Source of the DNA: Tubulanus polymorphus
Lineage: Eukaryota > Animalia > Nemertea
Reading direction: 5' to 3'
DNA: 64,000 bases
Assembly (NCBI RefSeq): GCF_964204645.1
Contig: NC_134030.1
Coordinates: 293,355-357,354, forward strand
The notes under the pieces were generated by a model that was given only the letters and a program-made list of their open reading frames with translations, was not told the origin of the DNA and ran no database searches. Positions 25,201 through 37,816 of the stretch are shown in pieces. The position numbers were made by a program, and so were the translations under genes. Numbering within the stretch: position 1 is the stretch's first letter; each line of letters starts with the position of its first letter.

Positions 25201-26169
25201 ACGCGTCAATACATTCTAATATCAGTCGACACGCGAATTCACAGCACTCTCTCTCCCTCTCTCTCTCTTCTCATCCCTCCCTCTCTCTCTCTTCTCACCC
25301 CTCCCTCTCTCTCTCTCTTCTCCCTCCTCCCTCCCTCTCTCTTCTCACCCCTCCCTCAACCTGCTCTCCCTCTCCCTCCTCCCTCCCTCCCTCTTCCTCT
25401 CCCTAATTACATGAAATATATATATATATACAAACCTTTTTCCAGTTGTCTGAAATCAATGTTCTAGGTGAAATATAAAATATAAACCATGATTCTTACC
25501 TTGTAATCCGAATAACTGATTTCTATTGAATAACCCTGGGTATAACCAGGCCGCTGTGTTTATATCCGGGTAGGGGGCGCCACTAGGCGAAATCCCCGGT
25601 AACGACGCGACCCCTAATCCCGCGGCGGTCCCTGCCGATACGCTCGGATTAGGAATATACCCGGAGTAAAGTCCTGTTGACGGTGTAGACGGTGTGGGTA
25701 ATACTAATCCCGGAGTACTATCCATGGTCTCCTTGTGTCGTAAAAAAGACCCGGATGCTGAGGTAGGAGTAAACGCGCTTAGTCTTTCATTAATCCCCGC
25801 CAGGTGGCAGTACGGATCGGCGACGGAATTTACTAAACCGGAAGTGTCATCATCACATTCGTCATCGATTCGCTGGTTATAATTTCCACCACTAGGGGAC
25901 GCTGACGGTGATCTCGACTGATTTAAAGATGGCGGCGGAGTGATTTCCGGTTTCTCAGCTGTCGTTTGAACGCGTTTGTTACCGGAACCGGAAGCTGGTT
26001 TTAATAGTATATCGTCAATGGATAAGAATTTACTAGATGATGCTGATGATGCTGCTGATGATGATGCTGATGATGATGCTGTTGTTGTTGGACCCATCTC
26101 GAATTTTTTACTGTTCACCGCTGCTGCTGCTGGATTCACACAATCTGTAACACTCCCAGTTGAACTCAT
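22260..26169 (-). CDS. Msxlx: Msx-like (Msxlx) ANTP/NKL-class homeobox gene, 4 coding exons
   Basis: Exons 26169-25500, 23420-23317, 22648-22554, 22419-22260, all GT-AG and in phase. Homeodomain [59 protein letters not shown] is typical of Msxlx. An eh1-like motif FLSIDDIL is in exon 1. Confidence 0.9.
22722..23238. repeat. 44-bp intronic satellite matching a MITE terminus
   Basis: Unit CAGGATCCAGTTCCACAGTTGTGAGTTAGAGTTAACTGTGAACT, ~11.5 copies. Confidence 0.95.
24170..24850. repeat. 47-bp intronic satellite
   Basis: Unit AACCAATCTAACAACTTAAGACCAGTCTAAGCTCATTTTAGTTCTAT; related dispersed monomers near 30.5 and 47.6 kb. Confidence 0.95.
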
Positions 26170-26717
26170 CACTCGCGCAGGCGCCAATGTCGTTTACCAA
26201 ATAATCTATTCACAAACTTTCTATGAAATTCTTTCCGAAATTTTGAAAAATTATTTTTTCGAAATTTCAAAAATGCTTAAGAAATTTTGATAATCTTAAC
26301 GAATTTTTGATATTCTATTTTCGATTAGTTTTTGCGAGATACAAACCAAAATTTCTCTAACGAAATGCTTGTTTAGATATTTCACTTTCTCGATTAGAAA
26401 TAATCTAAATATCGAATCATAAACGTTTTGTGTTTGTTATGGATAACATCGAAACTTCCTTATTTACTGTCGTGACGTCATTGTTTTCTCATCGCAAAAT
26501 AGTTCGATACAAACGATAAAAGTTCCTCGGTTGAGATATCAATATCAGATATCTCAGATATATCCAGTTGTTACGGATGAGATATCTTAAAAGATCACTC
26601 GGATTCTTTCAATGAAATATAACAATATTCTGATAATGATTACGAAATCATTTTCAATTTTTTTGCTGATGAATGATAAATCGTTTATTAGATTCCTCCG
26701 ATAAATAGAAACAGTCA

Positions 26718-27075
26718 CCGGATCCAGCGTCGCTCCAGGTGGCTATCAGCTTAAAACCGGGTTCAGCGTCGCTCCAGGTGGCTATCAGCTTAAAACCGGC
26801 TTCAGCGTCGCTCCAGGTGGCTATCAGCTTAAAACCGGGTTCAGCTCCTCCAGGTGTAGCTCAGACTTGGTTCAGCTCCTCCAGGTGTAGCTCAGACCGG
26901 GTTCAGCTCCTCCAGGTGTATCTCACACTGGGTTCAGCTCCTCCTGGGTTCAGCTCGGACTGGGTTCAGCTCCTCCGGGTGTAGCTCAGACTGGGTTCAG
27001 CTCCTCCAGGTGTAGCTCAGACTGGGTTCAGCTCCTCTTGGGTTCAGCTCCTCCTGGGTTCAGCTCGGACCGGGT
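26718..27075. repeat. Compound 39-bp/31-bp minisatellite
   Basis: Repeats of GGTTCAGCGTCGCTCCAGGTGGCTATCAGC grade into GGGTTCAGCTCCTCCAGGTGTAGCTCAGACT. Confidence 0.9.
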
Positions 27076-28349
27076 GAAATCACTTCTCGCTCAGATTCCG
27101 GAAATATCTCAGATTGAAATAGTTCTCTAATTGCCGGGTCTCACTGTGTTGTGTGTGTGACACACGCGCGACTCGATTCTCAAATTGAGTCTTTGTATTT
27201 GTGTTGAATGTCTTTATCTCAGAGAGGGAAGGGGATACCAGCAGCTGGGCTCCAGGTATAATTAATTATGAAATAACGCCCTGTGATTGGTCGAACGCTT
27301 GACTGGTTACAGTCTTTAAGGGCAATAGCGTTACAGATAATACAACGTTATAAATCAATATGAAACGCCAATCAACGTTAAGACAACGTTTAGACGCATT
27401 TGGCGTCATCAAATATCAGACGTAAATCACGCGGAATTCTGACGTATAACGTTAACGCGGTAACGCAGTAACGTTACACGCTTTGTTGGACGGACAAGTT
27501 CTGAGTTAAACGCATCAAATGTAAGCGTATGGTCGGGTTCTATCGGTTAGAACCCAGTCATCCGTTTCCGTAACAGAACCCGACCACATTATTCCTTACC
27601 CGAAATATATATATATATATATATATAAATAAAAAACAAACTGGGAACAAAAGAGATTTTATCGATAAAACCTGTTTTTACGGATTCGATGGGGGAAATT
27701 TTCTGTTGGTTGGATGTTGAAGGTTCAGGTCTCTCAGACTGAGGGGTAACGCGTCACTGGGCAGCAGAAAAATTGCATTTATTTTTTTAAAACTTTTTTT
27801 TACTTTTTTTTTATTTTCAAGGTTCCTCGATCGGGACAAGCGGGAATTTGGTTACATCTTGTTTGCGAGGGCTGAGAGAGGGCTGAGAGAGGGCTGAGAG
27901 AGAGGGCTGAGCAAAGAGAGGGCTGAGCAAAGAGAGGGCTGAGAGAGGGCTGAGCAAAGAGAGGGCTGAGCAAAGAGAGGGCTGAGAGAGGGCAGAGGAG
28001 CGCGTGGACGGGTAGAGAGAGAGAGATAGTGCCTCGTCTCAATTCTGTGTGACATTTTTAGTTTCTGAAAATGTCTCATAGAATTGAGTCTAAACGTCAC
28101 TACTCTCTTAGTTTCTGAAAATGTCTCATAGAATTGAGTCTAAACGTCACTACTCTCTTAGTTTTGAAAATATCTCACAAACGAGGATCTAAACATCAAT
28201 ACTGTGTTAGTTTTTCATGATCGTTTCTACTGTTCATTTTTTCCTCCAGTTTTCATCGTGTTATTTGTGACTCATTTTGGCGCCATTTGTTTAAAGAAAA
28301 AGAGCCCATTTATTCTCGTGACAACGAAACGCAGAAAATGGAGTTTAAC

Positions 28350-29082
28350 AACTGTGGAACTGAGTCCTGAACTGTGGAACTGAGTCATGAACTGTGGAAC
28401 TGGATCCAGTAACTGTGGAACTGAGTTCAGAACTGTGGAACTGGGTTCAGAACTGTGGAACTGAGTCCTGAACTGTGGAACTGAGTCATGAACTGTGGAA
28501 CTGGATCCAGTTACTGTGGAACTGGATCCTGAACTGTGGAACTGGGTTCTGCATTTGTGGAACTGGGTTCAGAACTGTGGAACTGGGTTCAGAACTGTGG
28601 AACTGGGTTCTGAACTGTGGAACTGAGTCCTGAACTGTGGAACTGGATCCAGTTACTGTGGAACTGGATCCTGAACTGTGGAACTGGGTTCTGCATTTGT
28701 GGAACTGGGTTCAGAACTGTGGAACTGGGTTCAGAACTGTGGAACTGGGTTCTGAACTGTGGAACTGAGTCCTGAACTGTGGAACTGAGTCATGAACTGT
28801 GGAACTGGATCCAGTTACTGTGGAACTGGATCCTGAACTGTGGAACTGGGTTCTGCATTTGTGGAACTGGGTTCAGAACTGTGGAACTGGGTTCAGAACT
28901 GTGGAACTGGGTTCTGAACTGTGGAACTGAGTCCTGAACTGTGGAACTTGATACAGAACTGTGGAACTGGGTTCAGGACTGTGGAACTGGGTTCAGAACT
29001 GTGGAACTGGGTTCAGAACTGTGGAACTGGGTTCAGAAGTGTGGAACTGGGTTCAGAACTGTGGAACTGGGTTCAGAACTGG
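28350..29082. repeat. 20-bp minisatellite (AACTGTGGAACTGGGTTCAG) with higher-order repeats
   Basis: 20-bp period; the core is the reverse complement of the CCAGTTCCACAGTT MITE terminus. Confidence 0.95.
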
Positions 29083-31681
29083 TCCACTTTATGTAAATGT
29101 CTCATTAATGGTCGCGATGAGATCAATCACATCGTGAAAATGTTCTGTGATTCAAACATGTTTTTAAACCTGTTTAAAGAGACCCGGGTTACGTTAACAG
29201 ATAAAACAAACAACGCAACAATGAATAATTAAACGTTCGTTCATGTTTAAGCGTTTAGTAAACCGAACGCTTAAATCGGAGTAAACGTCATCTTAAACGT
29301 TTACGTAAACAGCGCGACCCAATCACTCACCTACTCGTCACTGTTTACACATCCGCTACGGTAAATATGTTAACCACAAATTAATGCGCTTTGATTGGAA
29401 ACAAATGATTTTAGGTTATAACGCAGCACACGTGTGACGTTCCCAGCGTTCTGATTTACAACAATAGCACGCAGCGGCAGCGGCAGCGTTCAGTGTCGTC
29501 GATACAACACTCATTGTTTTACGCATCGGGAAGTTTAGATAATACTACAGTTATATTTGTACTCTAAGACTAAATCAATTAATTATCACCATCCGGGGTT
29601 CGAACCCGTAATCTATTAATATATAACATATTGTTGATAATGTCGATGATGGCCGTTAGGGGTCACTGAGAGCAGTAGGTCTTGAGGCCGAGAATATCTC
29701 GATGTGGAAAAGAGCAAAATTGATTTGAGCACTGCCTTCCCGTCCCAGGAATCCTTCCCAAATCCCTTGTCAGGAATCCCGGCCCTTCCGACCCAGGAAT
29801 CCCCTCCTAGGAATCCCCACCGACCCAGGAATCCCCTCCTAGAAATCTCCGCCGACCCAGGAATCTCCTCATAGGAATCCCCTCCGACCCAGGAATCCCC
29901 TCCTAGAAATCTCCGCCGACCCAGGAATCCCCTGCAAGAAATCCCCGCCAACCTAGGAAAATTATATTTTGCTAATTTTCCTGATGGTTTCTCTTTGAGA
30001 TATGTAAAACAAAGAATTCAAATACGTTACTGAATGTAAGTTAATTGCGCATGCGCGTTGGGACCGGGTGATTGATTAGTTTCATCTGGCTGTCTGCTGC
30101 CGCCGCTAATGTTCCATAATTGGTTAAAAGTGGCCGTTAATATTTAAACTTGTTTACAAACGACCAATAAACGAAGACTTGAGAAGATTAAACCAATTTA
30201 AACACACGTGATTGAGAGGGTTGTGCGTCGTATGTCGCAAGTCGTACGACGAGTATCGAATGTTGGTTGTTTTTCACTTCAAACTGTTTCTTTATCGATG
30301 ATGAATTTGCGGGCAGCAACAATCAATAATAATCAGAGCTAGTAACAAAACCGGGACAAAATATCTCTGTTTTTTGTTATTTGTCTGCTAGGCTTAAAAC
30401 ATGGACCTCAACTTAAGACATCTCAAAATACATCTTTCTCGGCAGACTTGCTTAAACTTTTGTCCTTACACCTGGGGTTCGTTCTATAGGCTCGAGACCA
30501 GTCTTTGACCAATTTAGTTTTAGCCAATCTAACCTGTCTAAGACAACTGCAAATTAGCCGAACAAATTCTGTGGAACGTGAAAATTCGACCTTTTCGGTC
30601 ATATATAAATACCTTCAACTTCATTAGGTGGTCCAAGAAGGTTCAGCCGCCTCTCCTTCAACTCCTAGAGATGAGTTTGTGACTCCCCTCCCCCTCACCC
30701 CCTACCCCCTAAACTCCGTCTGCGACTAATAACAAAATGAAAACGACAACTGTCTGTACAAACATTCAGTTTACTGTTCTCATAAAATCACTCTATCATC
30801 CATCAATTATCCATCGAAACCGCCTGCGGCAAGCGAGCGCGACATTCCACGTGGAAATCAAACCGTCGTTTCGCCTGCTGGCTTTTTCAATTTATTTAAT
30901 CAGCCCATCTTTTACCGTCGCCAACATCTTTTCACACTTAGCGCAGACGATCGCAGTATAAACTCTGTCTCTCTCTCTTTATCTCTTAGCTATAATACAA
31001 TTAGGGAAATGATTTTGTGGTCTAAGAAAACATCTTTAAGGCAAAGATTGCCGTCACCTGCGCCATCTGTTATTCGTTAATTCCGATCGGCTGTTGTTAC
31101 AGTTGCCATTGGTAATAACGACCCGCGATTGTTGCCGTCACGTGATTCGGAGATAATTGCGGCTTAAACGTCCTATATTCAGGCTGTAAAAACACGATTT
31201 GAAATTCTCGATAAATCTTCCTCACGCGCGCATGCGCGGTAACGGTTGCCGGAGTTTGAATGTAACTTATCGAGTCGGGACCACTTTTCTGGGTTTGATA
31301 CAACCGCTGGATAGGTAAAAAAGGACTTCGGACAATATGAACCCATCTCACAACTCAAGACTAATCCTAGAAAATAAAAACTACATGCAACTTGGTCCAA
31401 GGCGTTTGTATTCTAGGCTTCATCTAAACTCAGTTTGGTTCTACAGTTAGTCTGATCTGGAGTCTGATATCACCACTTTATACTCACGACTGCGCAGTAC
31501 CTGCAGGCCCTGTAGTTGGACGAATCTCAGGTCGGTAAAAAGCTTCCATTAAAGTTATTTTCTAAAAACCAATATTTCATTATGTGATATTTATTTCGTT
31601 AAAACATATTTTCATTATCAAAATTCCCTCGGGGGATTCTAAACAGTAATTAATGGCATCCAGTGTTTTACCTGGGGGGGG

Positions 31682-33236
31682 GGTTCAACTCCAGAATAGG
31701 TCAATATAGTTCCATCGTGGAGGATTTTCTTTAATGAAGTGAGTGGTTCGGTTTCTAATTGCCGACCTATTTTACTCGTCGACAATTCCGACGATTTAGA
31801 ATTGCCGACCTATTTTACTCGTCGACAATTCCGACGATTTAGAATTGCCGACCTATTTTACTCGTCGACAATTCCGACGATTTAGAATTGCCGACCTATT
31901 TTACTCGTCGACAATTCCGACGATTTAGAATTGCCGACCTATTTTACTCGTCGACAATTCCGACGATTTTAAATTGCCGACCTATTTTACTCGTAGACAA
32001 TTCCGACGATTTAGAATTGTTGAAGGGAAGATAAATTTTCAAGCAACGACACGGCCACTTGATGCCGATTGCAGTTTGTATCTATAAAGGGTAATCTACA
32101 CACGGTCCTTCATCCCAGCCATTTTATATCAGGGTAATCCACACAAACACCCAGCCCCTCGATCCCAGCCACCTTATTCAAGGGTAATCCACGCAAACAC
32201 ACAGCCCCTCGATCCCAGCTACCTTATTCAAGGGTAATCCACGCAAACACACAACCCCTCGATCCCAGCCACTTTATATCAGGGTAATCCGCGCACACAC
32301 ACAGCCCCTCGATCCCAGCCACTTTATATCAGGGTAATCCACGCACACACACAGCCCCTCGATCCCAGCCACTTTATATCAGGGGTAATCCACGCAAAAA
32401 CACAGCCCCTCAATCCCAGCCCCCTTATTCAAGGGTAATCCACGCAAACACGCAGCCCCTCGATCCCAGCCACTTTATTCAAGGGTAATCCACGCAAACA
32501 CACAGCCCTCGATCCCAGCCACATTATATCAGGGTAATCCACGCACACACACAGCCCCTCGATCCCAGCCACATTATATCAGGGTAATCCACGCACACAC
32601 GCAGCCCCTCGATCCCAGCCACATTATATCAGGGTAATCCACGCACACACGCAGCCCCTCGATCCCAGCCACATTATATCAGGGTAATCCACGCACACAC
32701 GCAGCCCCTCGATCCCAGCCACATTATATCAGGGTAATCCACGCAAACACACAGCCCCTCGATCCCAGCCACTTTATATCAGGGTAATCCGCGCAAACAC
32801 GCAGCCCCTCGATCCCAGCCACTTTATATCAGGGGATATTATTATATAAAAGATATTGCAATTCTAAATCGTCGGAATTGTCGACGAGTAAAATAGGTCG
32901 GCAATTCTAAATCGTCGGAATTGTCGACGAGTAAAATAGGTCGGCAATTTAAAATCGTCGGAATTGTCGACGAGTAAAATAGGTCGGCAATTCTAAATCG
33001 TCGGAATTGTCTACGAGTAATATAGGTTGGCAATTCTAAATCGTCGGAATTGTCGACGAGTAAAATAGGTGGGCAATTCTAAATCGTCGGAATTATCGAC
33101 GAGTATAATAGGTGGGCAATTCTAAATCGTCGGAATTGTCGACGAGTAAAACAGGTCGGCTACCTGGCTCGCGGAAGAATACGTGCTATGTACTCAGCCT
33201 GGGCAGATCTACTTTTACCTGTTCTGGAGTTGAGCC
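31682..33236. mobile_element. Foldback-like non-autonomous element
   Basis: Outer TIRs GGTTCAACTCCAGAATAGGTCAATATAG / GGCTCAACTCCAGAACAGGTAAAAGTAG (reverse complement). Inverted arrays of a 43-bp unit at 31756-32020 and 32857-33160, a central 50-bp array at ~32085-32833, and G-runs flanking both ends. Confidence 0.8.
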
Positions 33237-33904
33237 GGGGGGGAGGAGGGAGGGAGAGAGAGGGGGGGTTGGATGGAGGCGGCGCGGCAGGTATAAAGAG
33301 AAAATGGATCGAATCTAAGCTGTTTAGTTTACACTGTAGCCTGAGGTCACATTGACAGAGAGACAGAGAGAGACAAGCGGGAGTCTAAAGTGGATTTTCT
33401 GTTGTCAATATCAAGTGAGCATTTATAAGATGTAATTAAGCGATTGTTAAACTGTTAATGAGTCCCTCCTCTCCATATCTCTACCTGTGCCGTGTGTAAG
33501 AGAAATAAATCGATAATTTAACACTCCGGTAACTATTAATATCCATCTCATCTCTCCGCGGCTACACGAGTTAATGCAACTACAGCATCCTCTAATGGGT
33601 TTATTGAATTCTTACGCGCAGAAACTTTCAAATAGCGATATATTCTAGAACCCTTCTCAGACCCCCTCTCAGCTCCCTCTCAGCCCCCTTCTCAGACCAC
33701 TCTCTCTCAGCCCCCGCTCAGCCCCCTCTCAGACCCCCCCATCTCTGCTGGCAGTGCGAACCCTTAAACCAACCTCAACACTTTTTCCAAACAGCTTTAA
33801 CATGGCTATTGTTACTTCGCGTGACTGGTCACCAGTCACCACACCTGACCGGTCACCAGTCACCTACACTGACCAGACAAACTTATAAACTCTAACAGTC
33901 ATCA

Positions 33905-34280
33905 CAGTTCTATGGTCTTATGGTTAGCGTGCTCGGCTGATACTCTGGAGGTGGCGGGTTCGAGTCCTGCTAGGGTCACGATCGACAGATAGTCAGCCTA
34001 TCAGTAAGCGATTTTCAGAAAATCTCTATGATAATTTTTTGTGCAATATTTAATAACATTTTTGGAATTAAGAATTGGCCTATCAAAGCCTTAGATATTC
34101 TTTGTCAAAGCTTGGGCTCACTATGCTCTACTTAAGTTTGAAGCCCTTAATTGCCCTGGGCTGTATCTCATTTTTGGCACTTTTCCATAGCGAGGGGTTG
34201 CTACTGCTAGGAGCGGCCCCGCTGCTTCAGCACTGTTACTATGGGCCCGAAAATGGCCACGTCGAATAAAGATAAGATTC
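33905..34280 (+). mobile_element. tRNA-derived SINE
   Basis: A-box TGGTCTTATGGTTAGCG and B-box GGTTCGAGTCC with a poor acceptor stem, followed by a ~300 bp body ending in AATAAAGATAAGATT. Confidence 0.65.
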
Positions 34281-34497
34281 CTGAAATTTGAAAAGATGTA
34301 AATACGTGTTGTTTTGTTTGGTGTTTGGTGAACGGAGTTTAAACTGTTCGGCTGGTGAATGATTCAGACACTGCCGTGATGTGATGATGTGTCATAAATG
34401 TGAAAATCATCAACATTAAAACTATTTGTGAGTTGATGACGGTAAATTGATATTGAGAGAGAGAGGGGGAGATAGAGAGGGGGAGATAGAGAGGAGG

Positions 34498-34534
<37 letters not shown>

Positions 34535-37135
34535 ACAGTTCACCCGTCATGCTGTCACACACTACATCTCACCCGATGCCTGCAGGCGGTCTACAACATT
34601 CAATCGATATAAACACTTCCAGGTAACACACTGATAATATCAGCGTGCCGAAACAGCTGCCAGAATTTCCACCATTGACTCCTCTCTCTCTTCTCTTCTC
34701 TCTCTTCTCTTCTCTCGTTTTAATGCATCGACAGTAAAAACTATTAACAACCATCAATTATAGTCTGTTCCGCTTTACTGAGTCTCTCATCTGCTCGCTT
34801 TAAAACGCGTCACGTGATTTAGCGGAAACGAGACAGGTGCGTGCGCGTACCTCGCTCTGATACGAGAAAAACGGTGCTAAATTGACGCAGTTTTTTTATC
34901 TAAGTTTCGCTATAGAGCTTAGAAATATAGTTGTGTATTCAACTGAATAAACGCAATTATCCTGATTATAGTGCGTTTGAAAATGTTGGTATATAAATAT
35001 TTTCTTCGTTTTTTTTGTCGACGCACTCGGCGAAATCTTTTTGAAAAATGACCACTCCTAACGCACGCGCATGCGCGCTGATTTTCGTCCATTTCTCCGT
35101 TGTTCAATTTAAATATAAACGCATTTATTGATGTGTGATTTTTTCTGTGACCAGTTGGACTTCAAAGAGCTCCGTGGATACTGTCACTTAGGAAACCGTG
35201 TTACCATATCGACAATCATTTCAACAATCGGTGCCGGTGATTCCTCGAACACGGCAACAATCACAATTTTCCTTTGAAATGTTGCCCGGATACCTGTCCG
35301 AATAGTAAATCGGTTAAATCAGTTTTCAGGTTTTGTGAAGAGTTTTAACAACATGGCGACCGTGAACACGATTTAGCTCTTTTAGACGGACCAGACTTCA
35401 ACCGAAACTTTAACGAAATTCAATTCATTTCGCGATGCCAAACATGACGCGTTCCTCCCCGGCGAGTCTTTGATATCGTCTAAACCGATTTGATAATTCC
35501 ATTAAAAACCTTATTGACCGGCTTGCTAACCGGGCTCTGACGACTGGGAACGAGTCATCTGGGCGCAGGTAAGTGTAATTACTGAAAACATCCCGACTCG
35601 CGATGCCGGAAACTTCTAAGCTACAATTTATAGTCATTAGCAGACGATACTGTGTATTAGACTGGTTACCGGCGACGGATATTGATTAGATAAGTGTTTA
35701 TTGGTGTAACTTGTGACATCCGCCAACCAGTCTCTTCACAGCGCCGGTACCAGTCTAAATCGATGCAATAAATAGATAATTCGGTAGAAGTGTGATGATG
35801 AGGCAGCAGCACGCAGCAGCAGCAGCTGTAGCTGTAATTGATGGGATGGACCGTAACCGCTGATTGACACATTGTAAGACACGCCCCCTCCTCCTCAGTA
35901 TCCGCACAAGTGTGTAAAACTAATTACTGAAATGATGTCTTTGTCCGGCATTGACAGAGATCCAGTGCCGGCCACGCGTCATGATTGCCTTGAATAATAG
36001 ACCAGGCTTGATTTATTTCGATTGACTTCGGAAATAGTTTTATTATTGTTTATATGGTATGCGACACTCAAGAGATGTAGTGTGTATTGTAAACCCACAC
36101 TACAGTGCCGGGTGTAAGCGACTGGTTCTAATTAGTAACATCTTTATTAATTTCGTGTCGAGGTTAATAATTATACAATTGTAAATATATCAATATATCA
36201 AATAAATATCAATTAGCACGCGCGGCGCGGTGGCAGGAGCAGATATTCTCAGGGTGACTCAGCTCAGCTGGGGGGGGGGGGGGTGCGAGGGGGTCGGTTG
36301 GCTTAACTGGGTCTTACATCGATTCTAAATCGATTACCTAAGATTATCATACTGAGATATTCGGCACAATCTACAACTTCCTTACAAATTCCTTTTCAAC
36401 CAGATAGTCGAAATGAATTCTCACCTCCAGTATTTCAAACTCCCATCTCAACGATAACGCAAAAAATCTAAATCGCTACATCTCAGCCTTTTTCATTTTC
36501 TTTTCCCATCTTCTCTTTGTTTCTATCTCTCCTTTTTTTCAGATTCCGATGTTCAGCTTGCTGTAGCGGCCTTCTACCTTTTGCTTGGACATTATTACAG
36601 AAAGCCTTCTCAATTCTATTTTTGTTTTGTTTATAAATATAAATCTAAAACCACGAGTTCTTGAAATGAATTACAATTCGTTTAACCAAGTATCATTAGA
36701 CTCTATTCTAAGCAGAGATCAGGATCCAGTTCCACAGTTCTGGATCCAGTTCCACAGTTGTGAGTTAGTGTTAACTCTGAGTTAAAGTGGGTTAACGTTC
36801 AATGAGTTAACTCAGAGTCAAATGTTAACTCACAACTGTGAAACTGGTCCCAGGATTGCCTTTGTACCCCGAGTCCTCTGGCCGTGTGTTATTAATGTCA
36901 TGTGACTTATCGTGTATTGGTTTGTTGAAATCATTCATTCAAATATTCATACGACCAAAGGGGACTCCATTGATGACACTAGGGCCGGGAGTTACTAGAC
37001 AGTCGCTGCGGAGCACATCTCGGTGGGGGGTATTATCAGAAGTTGTTGTCCTTAATTAGCTAGTCCAAATGAGGCTGTGGTTAAAGGTCAACTCACAGCG
37101 TCTGGTAAAGGATTGTAAGGCCAACAGCTGGTCGG

Positions 37136-37344
37136 GAGGGGGGAGGCTTCCGTTCACATTGACGCGAGGGGGGAGGCTTCCGTTCACATTGACGCGAGGG
37201 GGAGGCTTCCGTTCACATTGACGCGAGGGGGGAGGCTTCCGTTCACATTGACGCGAGGGGGAGGCTTCCGTTCACATTGACGCGAGGGGGGAGGCTTCCG
37301 TTCACATTGACGCAGGGGGAGGCTTCCGTTCACATTGACGCGAG
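37136..37344. repeat. ~30-bp minisatellite
   Basis: GGGGGAGGCTTCCGTTCACATTGACGCGA, 7 copies. Confidence 0.95.
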
Positions 37345-37373
37345 AATTTGTATTTCCGCTTTTTTATATACCA

Positions 37374-37557
37374 ACCGTCAAGTGCTGCCCCTATATATAT
37401 CATTAGCGGCAAATTCGTGAACTAACTTGCCAGCGCAATATTCCTACTGCGGCATGCGAGTAATGAGTTAGTTCACTGCCGCAGTAGGAATACTGTACAG
37501 TCGAATTAGTTCACGAATTCACCGCTAATAGTTTATAAAGAGGCAGCACTTGACGGT
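37374..37557. mobile_element. Fully palindromic hairpin MITE
   Basis: ACCGTCAAGTGCTGCC ... GGCAGCACTTGACGGT, with internal inverted blocks ATTAGCGG/CCGCTAAT, AATTCGTGAACTAA/TTAGTTCACGAATT and TATTCCTACTGCGGCA/TGCCGCAGTAGGAATA. Confidence 0.75.
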
Positions 37558-37816
37558 GCAAATGATCGCTGGCCGCGGGCCCGGCGAGCAGGAACGGGAG
37601 GATGATTAAGACACAAATAAATGTTTCCTTTCCCGTAAGCGTAATAATTTAAAACTAAAATAATAATTTATTCTAAATGAATCGATGTTTATTTATTTTA
37701 ATGTGATACGGATCTTAAACGATACACGACAAAATTTTAAAATGTTTTTTTTCACTATATACAAAACTGCTCGTGGTGCCCGTGGCGCCATCTGACAACC
37801 GTACGTCGAACTATTA

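Noticed and set aside
33905-33977. Functional tRNA-Ile(GAT)
   Set aside because: Acceptor and anticodon stems pair poorly, there is no oligo-T terminator, and it continues into a SINE-like body.
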